Source of the DNA: Tetramitus jugosus
Taxonomy: Eukaryota; Protista; Heterolobosea
Direction of reading: 5' to 3'
Assembly (NCBI GenBank): GCA_937625935.1
Contig: OW569361.1
Location: 310,001-374,000 of the forward strand
Length of the DNA stretch: 64,000 nucleotides
Shown here: piece after piece, positions 33,562 through 44,694 of the stretch
Layout: every line of letters begins with the position of its first letter
Numbering within the stretch: position 1 is the stretch's first letter
The notes under the pieces: generated by a model
What the model was told of the DNA's origin: nothing
The model's input: the letters and a program-made list of their open reading frames with translations, nothing else
Databases searched by the model: none
Position numbers and translations under genes: made by a program

Positions 33562-34667
33562 ATGAGGTTGTTATGGGTTGCCGTATTATCGCTAAGTGTG
33601 ATACTTCAAGTTGTACAGTCTGGTTTATTGACCTCTCTCAATTTCATTCCCTCTCCGTGTAGTGGAGATCTTGAGGGTAGTCCTTTCAGTTGTGTCACGA
33701 TGCATGGTATTGCTACTTTCACAAACAACGATAATGAAAGGTTGCAAACAAACATCATCTCATACGTGGACACATCCGGTAAAACTGTGACGTTTGAAAC
33801 ACCAATAGGTCTGGATATATCAATTACAAATGTAACATCCACCTTAATATTCCTGAACTCCAAGATAATGTACAATGGATACGAGGAGTATGAACCGGGA
33901 GAAACATGCTCAATCGCACGTAACTACGGCCTGTGTAGAGATCCTAACACTAAGCCTTCAGGTGAAAATAAAATACTATGTTGTTTGGATCGGTCTCCTC
34001 GAGGAATGGGAGGCCACTGTTACCGTAATGATTACACTCAAAAATATTATCTGTATAATGGAGTGTGGACTTCAGAGTCTAGTCACGGGCGTGTTGCTAT
34101 CACACAGAGAGGAAAAGTATCAGAGTTCATATTAGATCCACCTACCTATGTACAATCTATCGCAAACGAGGGAGTGGCATCCATTCATAGTGAATATTCT
34201 GAGTCAGGGGATGCCTTTTATGCACTAGCCAACCGAATTATGCGAGACGCAAGAGATCCTAGTGTTCCCATCACCAACCGAGACAAGTTTTTCGTTGTAT
34301 CCAGCGAAACAGAGTCCTATCTGAATGCTGCAAAATATTGGGCACAGCACTCAACATGTCAAGATCCTCCAGGCAAATTCGCAGTGCATGACATCAAGGA
34401 ACACATTCGGTATGTGGTTTAATATTAATAATTACATGTGAACAATTCACTCACTAACTCTCTCATAACCAAAGTGATCAATACTATGTAGCGAGAAATG
34501 ACACAATTGTGAAAGTGTTCAAAAAATATGGTGCCCAGTATCCAGATTCACTCGAAGTGATACCATCGAGCCAAGACAGTCAACAACCGTTTGGCTTACG
34601 ATTTAAATTTCCATCAGATCTCTCTCTTGTCACTTTCCAAATGTTCAACATAGTCGTAAAGAAATAA
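33562..34667 (+). CDS. Secreted HAP2/GCS1 (fusexin)-like protein, domains I/II only; 2 exons, intron 34410-34474; 346 aa
   Basis: Signal peptide and HAP2-like motif order (C33/C44, TPIGLDI, GYEE, C..C..CC, R, HCYR..Y.LY, LDP, Q..C..PPG, SLVTFQM). The intron GTATGT...CACTAAC...AAG restores the frame through to TAA at 34665-34667. Confidence 0.65.
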
Positions 34668-34673
34668 ATGCGT

Positions 34674-35513
34674 TCAATCATCCGGAGGAGGTAACAATAA
34701 TTGTGTGGCCTTGATTTCTGTTTCCGTCAGCTCTGGATGCCAAAAATCAACCAACAATACAATTCTATCCATTACAGCAGCACTGTTTGTGTCATCACTC
34801 TTAAATATAACCTCATGATTAAACGTGTCATCAAATATCATAGCTTCACCTTCAACATATGTTCGCCACTCATCAGCAACTCGAATCTTCACCTCCTGAT
34901 GGGAATCAACTTGCAAGGGAAGTTGTAATCGAAGCTTAAGATTGCACACACCACAGTGAGGAGTAATGTGAGTTCCTGGCTTGATTCTACTGAAATAAAC
35001 GTAGCCAATTCCACTGCCCGTACACAGTGCATGATTTGGGAATGCTTCTTGCAAAATTCTCCAAGTCTCAGGACACAGTGCAATCCTTTCATGGTCAACA
35101 GCACCTTGGTTCACCAAGTAGAACGCATTCCATGTACCCTCCTTGTTTGTCGAGCTAAATATTCGATCCAGTTTGGGTCCTGATAGTAATTCATCATCAT
35201 TCTCTTTCAACGTGTCAGAATCGCCATAAAAAATATGTTGACACTCATGTTTCATGAGTGCAAGATTGTTTGGATCCTGCAAAGTGTTGAGCGCATGAGC
35301 GTACATAGGGTGCTGCTGCTCATCAAAGAAGGGAACAGAAGCAATCTCAGGATAGATGAAAAGACTTGGTCTCTGACAGGGATGTTTCTGTTGTTGGTCA
35401 ATCAGAAGTGCTCGATTGCACTCCGACATGGCAGTCACTGTTCGAAACAAACGAGGAGGTCCACTCAGGAGCAACTCATTCAACAATTCTTGATCACTCT
35501 CAGATAAGTCCAT
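34674..35513 (-). CDS. Aspartyl/asparaginyl beta-hydroxylase-domain dioxygenase
   Basis: CPETW, YFSRIKPGTHITPHCG, LRLQLPL, FDDTFNHEV and RIVLLVDFWHPEL. Confidence 0.88.
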   Translation of the reverse strand: MDLSESDQELLNELLLSGPPRLFRTVTAMSECNRALLIDQQQKHPCQRPSLFIYPEIASVPFFDEQQHPMYAHALNTLQDPNNLALMKHECQHIFYGDSDTLKENDDELLSGPKLDRIFSSTNKEGTWNAFYLVNQGAVDHERIALCPETWRILQEAFPNHALCTGSGIGYVYFSRIKPGTHITPHCGVCNLKLRLQLPLQVDSHQEVKIRVADEWRTYVEGEAMIFDDTFNHEVIFKSDDTNSAAVMDRIVLLVDFWHPELTETEIKATQLLLPPPDD

Positions 35514-35582
35514 TCTGCAGAGGCAAGTGTTTGGCGTATTGTCGGAACGAGTGGAAAATTAGTCGGACCATTTTTTGTTGAA

Positions 35583-35645
35583 GAAGTTCATTGAACCTCC
35601 TGGTTGACTAGTATCAACCGCATTATTTCGATGTGTTAGAAAAAT
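35583..35645 (+). promoter_or_regulatory. Candidate ribosomal-protein promoter elements upstream of RPS14
   Basis: GAAGTTCATT, CCWGGTTGACT and AGAAAAAT are also present upstream of RPL5 (49036-49094). Confidence 0.4.
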
Positions 35646-35690
35646 CACAAAAACAACAAAACAAAGTCATAACCTCACATTTATATCAAC

Positions 35691-36146
35691 ATGTCATCCA
35701 AGAAGGGTAAGGTCAAAAAAGAGCAGGAAAAGCTGTACTACGGTCCACAAACCAAGCAAGACGAACTTGTCTTCGGTGTTGCTCACGTGTACGCTTCATT
35801 CAACAACACTTTCATCCACGTGACTGATATGTCCGGCATGGAAACCATCATTAGAGTTAACGGTGGTATGAAGGTTAAGGCTGACAGAGATGAGTCTTCC
35901 CCATACGCTGCTATGATGGCTGCTCAAGACGTCGTCGCCAGATGCAAGGAACTCGGAGTTAACGCACTACACATCAAGCTCAGAGCTACTGGTGGTGTTA
36001 TGAGCAAGACCCCAGGTCCAGGTGCTCAATCCGCTTTGAGAGCTTTGGCTCGTGCTGGTATGAAGATCGGAAGAATTGAAGACTCAACTCCTGTTCCTCA
36101 CGATTGCACTAGAAGAAAGGGTGGTAGAAGAGGTCGCCGTCTCTAA
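35691..36146 (+). CDS. RPS14: 40S ribosomal protein S14 (uS11)
   Basis: [37 protein letters not shown] and [10 protein letters not shown]. Confidence 0.98.
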   Translation: MSSKKGKVKKEQEKLYYGPQTKQDELVFGVAHVYASFNNTFIHVTDMSGMETIIRVNGGMKVKADRDESSPYAAMMAAQDVVARCKELGVNALHIKLRATGGVMSKTPGPGAQSALRALARAGMKIGRIEDSTPVPHDCTRRKGGRRGRRL

Positions 36147-36411
36147 ATTTTCAATAAACCTCACTATTCTTAACTAGTAATTTTTTGAGTCCTTTCACTT
36201 ACGAGATCTATTCCTTTGGCAATACAATTTTTGTGCATTGTTGTTCCTTTCAGTTGTCAAATTACTCCTATCAACACAAAATAGATACTTTTTAATTTTC
36301 CGAACGTTTATCGAATATCACAAACAAAATAACAACAACAGAATCAAAAGAGCGAGTTTTTCAATCAACATCACAAAAACTAGTCATAAAACGATTAATT
36401 AATATATATTC

Positions 36412-37981
36412 ATGTCCAACCAAAAATCTACATCAAGAGAACAAGAAGCTAGACACAAGAAGGCATTGCAAACCCTTTTGAAGCTTCCTGAGAACAGAGA
36501 GTGTGCTGATTGCACAGCAAAAGGTGTTAATTTGTGGGCTTCTGTCAATTTGGGTGTTTTCGACTGTATTAAATGTGCTGGTATTCATAGAAATTTGGGC
36601 GTTCATATTTCAAAGGTCCGTTCAGTGACTTTGGACAAGTGGACTGATGACCAAGTGGAGGTATGTGTGGTGATTGCCTTTTTTTTCATGATTTTCCCGA
36701 AGGTATCATTGTGACTCACCAACAATATGGCTATTTTTTTTTCAATGTATGATTGAATAGACGATGCAAAGAATTGGTAATGCAAGAGCAAAGGACCTCT
36801 ATGAAGCAAAGAATGCACCACCAAAGCCTCGTGAAGACGAAGATGCCACAGTCATTGAAAAGTACATTAGAAACAAGTATGAGAAGAAGATGTGGTTCGC
36901 TGCTGATGCCGATCATGTTCTCAAGTCAGGCGTCTCTCATCAGCGAACAGTCAGCTCTGACTCGAGCAGAGAGCGCACAGACAGAGACGATACCGAGTAT
37001 CAATCAAGCTCTTCGGCCAGAAAACCAACTGCAACAACATCATCCAGCAGCAACAATGGTTTTTCTGTGAGATCAAACAATAACAGCAGCAGCAATAGAC
37101 CATCCTCTGCCAATGCATCTGCAACCACGAGAGCTGCACCTTCTTCATCCAGTCAAGCTCCACTCTTTTCATTTGATGACGAATCATTCACTTCTACTAC
37201 TACTACTGCTGCTGCAAACAACAATGGTAACTACAGTCGTAATGCCACTTTTAACATCAACAATGCTCAGACTGTAGCAAACAATAACAACAATAACAGC
37301 AACAACAATAGAGCCAATGTGTCGCCAGCAGCAGCAACAGCAACTGCCACACCAGCAAATGCTTCTTATCGCTCAGGTGCTCACGATATTTTGGCCATGT
37401 TTGACACACCAATACAACCAACTGCTACTGCCACCACCACTCCACCCAAGAACAATACCAACTTTAATTATAACAACAACCCAAGTATGATGAACAATAA
37501 CAACAATATGAATTACACTGGTGGTTATAATAACAATGGATCAATGGGAATGAACTATAACAACAACAATAATTATCCACCACATCGACCACCAATGATG
37601 ATGAACAATCAGCCACAACCACCACACATGAATTATCCACCTGTTAATAACAACAATAACAACAACATGATGATGGGTGGTGGTGGCAGCGGTGCTTCCA
37701 TGAACAGACCAGCCATGAATCAACCACCAATGGTCAGATCACCAATGGGTATGAATAATCAACCAATGATGAATGGCAACAACAACAATGGATACACTTC
37801 ATATCCACCAATGATGGGCAATCCTAACATCAACAACAACCCAAACAATTCATTCATGGGATACCCACCTGCTAACAACAACTACAACTACAATGCCAAC
37901 TACAATAATAACAACAATAATAAGATGGGTGGTCAACCAAACAACAACAACAACAACATGAATCAAAGAAACTTTTTCTAA
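36412..37981 (+). CDS. SMAP-like ArfGAP with N/M/P-rich tail; 2 exons, intron 36661-36760
   Basis: ENRECADC...WASVNLGVFDCIKCAGIHRNLGVHISKVRSVTLDKW joins in frame through GTATGT...TAG to TMQRIGNARAKDLYEA...YIRNKYEKK. Confidence 0.9.
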
Positions 37982-38275
37982 AGTTGCTTTGAATGGTACA
38001 GAGTTTGTTGTTGTGAGCAAATAACCGATTTAGCAACATTAACAACAATAACCAGTCATCGTTCGAATAATGTTTGATTTAACGTTAACCTCCTATTATT
38101 ATTATTATTATATTATTTTACCATAGCATGATATGGCAAATGAACCCATGCCTGTCATGAAGGACAGCAGCTCATTTTTGACAGAGTTTGAATTCAAACC
38201 CAAATAAAAAACATTTCACAATTGAACAAAAAACAAATTGCGCACAAAAAGACAACAACAACGACAAGACAGGAC

Positions 38276-39982
38276 ATGTCCTCCAACAATCCATCACTTT
38301 TCGAACAACAAGCCTTGACAACAACTCAACAAGTCAATGAATTGCCAGATGATTTTCTGATCCAGAATGCAAATGAACTATTGACTCGACTCTCCACCAT
38401 GTTCTCCTCTCACCTGAATCCAGACAAGAGCACTGTATTGTCCATTCAGCAAATCTGTCGGTCATTGAGATTGATTGCAACGAGAGACTCATTCCGTGCA
38501 CAATTCAACCAACTCGGTATCATTGATCAATTGGTTCAATCATTGATCACGAGCATTGATCAATTGGAGAGAATAAAGGACACGAGTGGTGATGGTGATG
38601 ATGATGATGATGTTGTTGAGAGAGAAGAAGAACATTTAGAGTCAATCATTTATCATTTGTGGAGTGTCATGATGAACAGTGTGACGCAACAGGAGAGTAC
38701 AGTGTTGTCTCTCATATCAAGCAACAACAACAACAACACTAATAATAATAAGAATAGCAATGACTCTGGAGAACGATTGTGGAATGATGCAACAACAAGA
38801 ACTATTGATTTGTTGTTTGACTATCGAAGAACAATTAAGGTCGTGTGCATGACACTGTTCAATGCCATGTCATGCTGCTCACAAATGAAACAAGTCGTGT
38901 TCAACAATCAGAAACTGTTGTTGCTCTTGTTGGAGGCATACATGGAAGAACAGAGTACGGATGATGCATCAGAGTGGATATTGTTGATATGGAGTCATTT
39001 GTTGACTCATGTAAGTGATTTGGATGACTATACAGATACGGTTGTGTCATTGGTGGCACAATTGCTTAGGAAGAAGAAGACGAGATCAACTTTGCATCTC
39101 GCTGAGATGTTACACATTTACACAAAGGACAGAACGATACAGAGAGAGGATTTAGACAGGCAAATTTCAGACGAAGATTCCGTTACCTTAAAAGTCATCA
39201 GTAATATGGCTATTCTGATTGCAAAGTGCATTTTCTATCGTGTAATGGAGTCTGTACATCAATTGTCTTGTCCATTTCAACTCGATACACAAAGGGTACA
39301 CTACTTGAAGTTTGCAGAGTTTGAAACGTTGTTTTTATGTCTTGAAATATTGGCAAATACAACCTCGATGGATCACGATCTTATCCAGACACATTTGATG
39401 TCTCATCAGATCATACATTTTGTGTTGGATGTATTTAGTAAGGCACCCCCACCAGATCCAAAAGCACCAGGTCACACCACAGCTTCAACACAAGAGGCGT
39501 CAATGGATGTTCAAGCGTATTTGGAGGACACTGGAGAGAGTGTTTCTATCAATCGAGACATTTTAAATCAGACTGGAATACCAGTTCTGTATGAAACAGA
39601 GGATGAACACGGCACACTTATCGACCAGTCCATGTTTCTAGGCTATCGGTGTCATTTGTTGCGATTGGTGGGTAATATGTGCTTTGATCGTCGAGAGAAT
39701 CAAGATTTAGTTCGAACATTAGAGGGAATACCTCTTGTGTTGAATCATTGCTACTCGGACGATCAGAATCCATATTTGCGTGAATGGGGCGTGTTCTGCA
39801 TTCGAAACTTGACTGAGAACAATTTGGAAAACCAAGAGTTAATTAGCAAGTATCAGACATTGCAAGTTGATCCAAGAACTCAAGATATGCTGAATGAGAT
39901 GGGTGTGCAGGCAGAGTTGGACCCTAACGATGACGGACTCTCAGCCAAGCTAACTATCAAGAGAAAGAGTGGTGACGAATAA
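38276..39982 (+). CDS. ATXN10: Ataxin-10-like ARM protein
   Basis: C-terminal LLRLVGNMC...NQDLVR.LEGIPLVLNHC..DDQNPYLREW..FCIRNLTENNLENQ. First ATG is at 38276. Confidence 0.85.
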   Translation: MSSNNPSLFEQQALTTTQQVNELPDDFLIQNANELLTRLSTMFSSHLNPDKSTVLSIQQICRSLRLIATRDSFRAQFNQLGIIDQLVQSLITSIDQLERIKDTSGDGDDDDDVVEREEEHLESIIYHLWSVMMNSVTQQESTVLSLISSNNNNNTNNNKNSNDSGERLWNDATTRTIDLLFDYRRTIKVVCMTLFNAMSCCSQMKQVVFNNQKLLLLLLEAYMEEQSTDDASEWILLIWSHLLTHVSDLDDYTDTVVSLVAQLLRKKKTRSTLHLAEMLHIYTKDRTIQREDLDRQISDEDSVTLKVISNMAILIAKCIFYRVMESVHQLSCPFQLDTQRVHYLKFAEFETLFLCLEILANTTSMDHDLIQTHLMSHQIIHFVLDVFSKAPPPDPKAPGHTTASTQEASMDVQAYLEDTGESVSINRDILNQTGIPVLYETEDEHGTLIDQSMFLGYRCHLLRLVGNMCFDRRENQDLVRTLEGIPLVLNHCYSDDQNPYLREWGVFCIRNLTENNLENQELISKYQTLQVDPRTQDMLNEMGVQAELDPNDDGLSAKLTIKRKSGDE

Positions 39983-40010
39983 TGAACCGATGATCATAAG
40001 TTAAAATAGT

Positions 40011-41078
40011 TTATTCTTCTTCCTCTTCGTCATTCTCTGCTTGGTTGGCAATATCTGCAAACGGATCTTCAAAATCTCCAAACTCTTCCTTGTCTTCTCC
40101 TTCTTCGATATGAGCATCAGAAGATGGCTCCACAGGTTCCTCGATCTCACTCGTATTATGGGATGCCTCTGCCTTCTCAAATGACTGATAATCAAAATAT
40201 TCAACGTCGTCTGACTTTGACTCGCTTGAACTCTTGTTATTATTATTGACATGGAATGAGTCATTCTTTAAATCATTCCATTCATTGATTTCATTTTCGG
40301 TCAATATCGTATGAGCATTAGTCTTGTTACTATTATTATTATTATTGTTGTTCTGATGGAGAGATGACGAGCGAGTTGGCACGTGATCACTACTATAGTT
40401 GGTCGAAATGTACTCATTTTCCTCATCTGATGAATCGTCATCATGTTCATCACTGCCATTACTCTTCCTATTCTGTTGATTGACATCTTGTTCGAACAAC
40501 ATGGAATACGCTTCATATTCAGATGAAAGTTGCTTCTTCTTCTCCTTTTCCATCATATCGAGGTACAATCTCCTCTCTTCTTCTTCCTCCCTCTCATATC
40601 TCTGTCTTTCCATCCTCCTCTGTTCATCCAACATCTGTTGTTGCTGCTCCTGTTGCAATTTTTCATCTGGTGATAGGGATGATGTTGATGTCGATATGGA
40701 TGATGCCGTATCATTTGACACCTTTGCAATTGCATCTTGATTGACTACAATGGACTCACTTTGACCACCAGTGGTAGGATTGTGAACGAGCACTGTGACC
40801 GATGTGGTTGCTAATGCTGCATTTTGCTCTTCTTCTGCTCCTCCTGTCAATGTTGCCTTTTCTGTTTCTTCAATGTTGTGTGTAACGGGTGACAATGGAC
40901 TTGTGCTGTTTTGAATCGTGGCAGTAGAAGACGGTATACAGGATGATACTATACAATTGTTGAACAGGAGAGAATTGGAGAAGAAATAGGACAGAAGACC
41001 ACCTTTTGAGTTGGCGGCAGCAGTATCCTGTTTATTGGACGATACTGCTGATGGAGAAGTGATGACAGTCTTGTTCAT
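40011..41078 (-). CDS. Hypothetical acidic low-complexity protein (ends EEFGDFEDPF, an adaptor-binding-like motif)
   Basis: Long ORF with host-like composition; likely start MNKTVITS at 41078. Confidence 0.6.
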   Translation of the reverse strand: MNKTVITSPSAVSSNKQDTAAANSKGGLLSYFFSNSLLFNNCIVSSCIPSSTATIQNSTSPLSPVTHNIEETEKATLTGGAEEEQNAALATTSVTVLVHNPTTGGQSESIVVNQDAIAKVSNDTASSISTSTSSLSPDEKLQQEQQQQMLDEQRRMERQRYEREEEEERRLYLDMMEKEKKKQLSSEYEAYSMLFEQDVNQQNRKSNGSDEHDDDSSDEENEYISTNYSSDHVPTRSSSLHQNNNNNNNSNKTNAHTILTENEINEWNDLKNDSFHVNNNNKSSSESKSDDVEYFDYQSFEKAEASHNTSEIEEPVEPSSDAHIEEGEDKEEFGDFEDPFADIANQAENDEEEEE

Positions 41079-41216
41079 AATGTTGCTTGTGTGTGTGTTT
41101 TGTTTGCTGCAGACAAAGGGGTTCTGAATCCAATCCGTCCGATGACAACCTCCTTTCTCGGACAATTGGGCGAGAGGGGAATTGAGTCAACAAAAACAGG
41201 AACTCAAAAAAAAAGA

Positions 41217-42560
41217 ATGAAACATTGGGTGGTTGTGCCTTTGCTTTCAACTGGAAAGCTCAATGTGTCTGCATATGAGAGTGCATCTCTGTTGCAAGAA
41301 GTGATCACGAATGAGGGTATGATAGAAGAGGAATTGATCGAGAATAATGTGCATTTGGTGCTTTTGTTGAATTCTACTGGTACGGCTTCTGGTGGTAGTG
41401 CTGGTGACGATCAGTCTAGTGAGGATGAAGCTACAACAGGAAGGATCTTACAATTGTTTAAATCTTCAAAATTAAGTGATCACATCACTCTGGTGAATGA
41501 TGTTTCGAGACTTTTGGAGAGTTTGCAAGAAAGAATGAAAAAAGAAAGTTCATGCACAATCTGTTGTCAATCATCGTGGAGATTCCAGAGCGTTGTTATG
41601 AAACGCTTAATGACAGCTACGGGAGATGTATCAGTTGTTGAAGAAGCAAAGCGCAAGTACAAGACGGCATCTGAATTAACAAAGTTGTATTCTGTGGAAA
41701 TAGCAGATGATCATAGCCTAAGATCAATGTATTCAATAAGGGAAGTCATTTATGTGCTTGGACCGAACCGAAATCCAGAACAACCGGACTTTATCAAGAG
41801 TGAGAAGGAAGCTTATGACTTGATTAGGAAAACATATCAGAATATTTTTCACCACTGTATCAAACAATCGTATTCAGAGCGGTCTGTGGTTGAAAGTGCC
41901 TCAAGCTCTAGTAGCAACGATGCTTTGATTTTGACAGATAATGTGATTCACTTTGGTAGATTTGATCCACCACCTGTTGGATTTGGTACTTCGAGATTTA
42001 ATTGGCAAAACAGCTTGATTGATGTCGTTGAGCATCCAAACACCGAACAGAACAAGCGAAAGATTATGTATAGAGATGCTCAATGTGCATTAGTTTATGA
42101 CGCCTATCCAAAATCAAAGGTGCACCTACTCTGTGTTGCTGCGACAAATGTGAACAGTGTATCAGATCTGAACAAAACTCATGTAGCATTGATCAAACAC
42201 ATGCAAAAAGTTATTCAGATGGTAATTGCACATCTGACAAAGGAATTCCCTGGCACTCAATTCAAGGCTGGTTGTCACAGTGTCCCCTCTCTCAATCGGT
42301 TACATATCCACGTTAATTCGTGTGACTTTATTACTGATTGTATGAAGAACAAGAAGCACTACAACTCATTCTGCACAGACTTTTATGTTCCGGTCGAACG
42401 TGTTGTTCGTGAACTCGAAGAGAAAGGGCGAGTCCAGATTGACAAGGAGGCCATGGAGAATTTACTCAAGGGTGAACTGAAATGTCACATTTGCTCTCAA
42501 GTCTGCAAGACTATCCCTGCTCTAAAGACTCATCTCTCACGCACCTGTCTGTCATCCTAG
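41217..42560 (+). CDS. APTX: Aprataxin-like protein (macro-like region + HIT + C2H2 zinc finger)
   Basis: DAYPKSKVHLL, GCHSVPSLNRLHIHVNS, MKNKKHYNSF and CHIC...LKTHL. Upstream VIYVLGPNRNP resembles the macro domain of plant aprataxins. Confidence 0.82.
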   Translation: MKHWVVVPLLSTGKLNVSAYESASLLQEVITNEGMIEEELIENNVHLVLLLNSTGTASGGSAGDDQSSEDEATTGRILQLFKSSKLSDHITLVNDVSRLLESLQERMKKESSCTICCQSSWRFQSVVMKRLMTATGDVSVVEEAKRKYKTASELTKLYSVEIADDHSLRSMYSIREVIYVLGPNRNPEQPDFIKSEKEAYDLIRKTYQNIFHHCIKQSYSERSVVESASSSSSNDALILTDNVIHFGRFDPPPVGFGTSRFNWQNSLIDVVEHPNTEQNKRKIMYRDAQCALVYDAYPKSKVHLLCVAATNVNSVSDLNKTHVALIKHMQKVIQMVIAHLTKEFPGTQFKAGCHSVPSLNRLHIHVNSCDFITDCMKNKKHYNSFCTDFYVPVERVVRELEEKGRVQIDKEAMENLLKGELKCHICSQVCKTIPALKTHLSRTCLSS

Positions 42561-42669
42561 ACATTGTCGTCGTAAACTTTTCATCAGGTCAGATTTTCCC
42601 GTTCTTTGAACTTCCTTTTTTTCTTTGGCCCCAAAAAAACAAACGCCAAAACCAAGAACATAAAGAGCA

Positions 42670-43176
42670 ATGCGATCGTTCATTTTATTACTGTGTCTCA
42701 TTGTTGTGATGATGACGTTCTCATCAATCATGTGTATGAGTGAGGAGAATCCTCACACTATTGATAGTCACACAAAGGTTGATTGGATCAAAAATGAAAA
42801 ACTTCACTCCATTTTGGATCAAGCACATGAAAAATGCTTGAAAGAGTGCTCGCAGACATCTATTGTCTGTGTCGATGCATGTTCATTGCTGAACAGAAAT
42901 CTTATCCAGAAGAATCCATCCACAAAGAGTATGTGTGTGTTGTTTTCAACACGAGTTCATTGGAATGAATTGTATATCTCATGATGAGATCAGTGCTATG
43001 TGCAAAGAATCAAAACAACACCAACAAACGAACTAACAACCCTTATTTTGAAATGTGTGTAAATGATAGATTTTCAACAAATTGCAAAGTTGTTGCTATC
43101 CAAGGGAGCGAACCCAGCGGACAACTTTTTGCAGAAATTGAAGGAAGCTTCCGTTTTGCCTCACAACACCCTCTAA
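42670..43176 (+). CDS. Small secreted/ER Cys-motif protein; 2 exons, intron 42929-43069
   Basis: Signal peptide and CxxxC...CxxxC. The intron GTATGT...ACTAAC...TAG gives an in-frame exon 2 ending ...PHNTL*. Confidence 0.6.
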
Positions 43177-43252
43177 GCTTCTTTTTGTATTATTTAATCG
43201 ATAGAACCAAGTATTAACTACTGCTGTAAAACAACAAGTACATGATTATTTT

Positions 43253-44694
43253 TTATGAGTCAAGAAAGTCTTTTATGTGAATACTGTTTGTTGCTTTTGC
43301 TGGACTAGTTGTCAAACTTGGTTGATTGCTATTGTGGTTATAGTTATCTGTGCCTGCTCCTCTCGTTCTTCTCTGAACAAAGCTTGAGGACAACGAAGAA
43401 AAGTGCTCTAACGTACTTCGACTCATGTTGGATGGGTGGGGTATTGAGTTTTGCTCGCTGCTACAATCGATTGTTGATGATCGACGTTGATGAGCAGTCT
43501 TTTTCGGTGATCCTGTCTGATGATCAACTCCTGCATTAGTACTACTGCTTCTCCTTCGCACTTTGTTTTTGACACCACTGCGCTTCATCTCATAATTCAC
43601 TCGCGCTATCAAACTATCAACAGTTTTCGTAATGTTACGCACGTCATCTGACCTTCCACTATTCAAGAATAGATCACTAGATGATATGGATGTATCATTT
43701 TGAGAATATTGAGGTGTGTATGTTAGGTCATGTGACTCTTTCGCCAGATGAACGAGATTCTTCTGTTCCTTGCGACTGGTTGTCTTTTTCATTGACGGAA
43801 CACCAATCGGTGTATTCTGTTGTATTACATCGTAGTAATGTTTTGGATTTTCGCTAAAATATTGTTGAAGCCAGCCATACTTAAACCCTGGCTTTCGTTT
43901 GCTTGATTTAATGAGATCATAATCCATTGTGTATTTACCATCCACTTGTTTGTATGATTTGTCGTACATGATGTCATTCTCTGCGGATTGTTCAAGTGTT
44001 AAACTCCTTCCCTTGATCTTACTCCAATCTAAACTATTGTGCAATGTATTAGAAATGCAACAATCCACTCTTACTTTCTGTTTATCATAGAGGGACGTCC
44101 CGATTGGATTATAGAAATCGAGATGATTTGTCAATGAATTAACTTTGGCAAGTTTTGTCATAAAGTGGTTATCTCGACCGCTAGTCTTCTTCATGTTAAC
44201 AAGAACATGATTCTTGGGTAAAACAAAATTCCTGTTGGGATCGTACTCTAAAGTGCTCCTATCATCTACATGTTCGGGAAAAATACTACCTAGAGCTCTA
44301 CTAGTCGTTTTCTCCATATCTACAAGCACAGGTTGTTTTGGTTCAACAACATCATACACTATTTGTTTCTCTTCTGTTGATTTTGTGATGTTATCCCTCT
44401 GAAATAATTGTTACGATGCAGTTAGTTAAGACAAAACTATTGAAACGAAATAGAAGTACTTACCAACTTGGAATGTTGAGGATTGGAAAATATAGGAGCT
44501 TCTCTGGATAATCCTTTACCTATGTTCGTCACTGGTTCGCGATGATATTTTGATAGAACCTTGATTCATTCAGAGTTAGAACAACGCAACATGGATGACT
44601 TAAAATGACCATAACTTACTTCGAAATCAGTCAAGTTTCTTCCAGAATGAATGGTAGGATTTGTCTTCGATGCTTTCAATCTACTCATGTCCAT
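43253..44694 (-). CDS. Hypothetical protein with repeated MxKTxSR motif; 3 exons, introns 44560-44619 and 44399-44463
   Basis: Two short GTAAGT...CTAAC...AG introns join ATG 44694 in frame to the 43253-44398 ORF. Confidence 0.65.
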
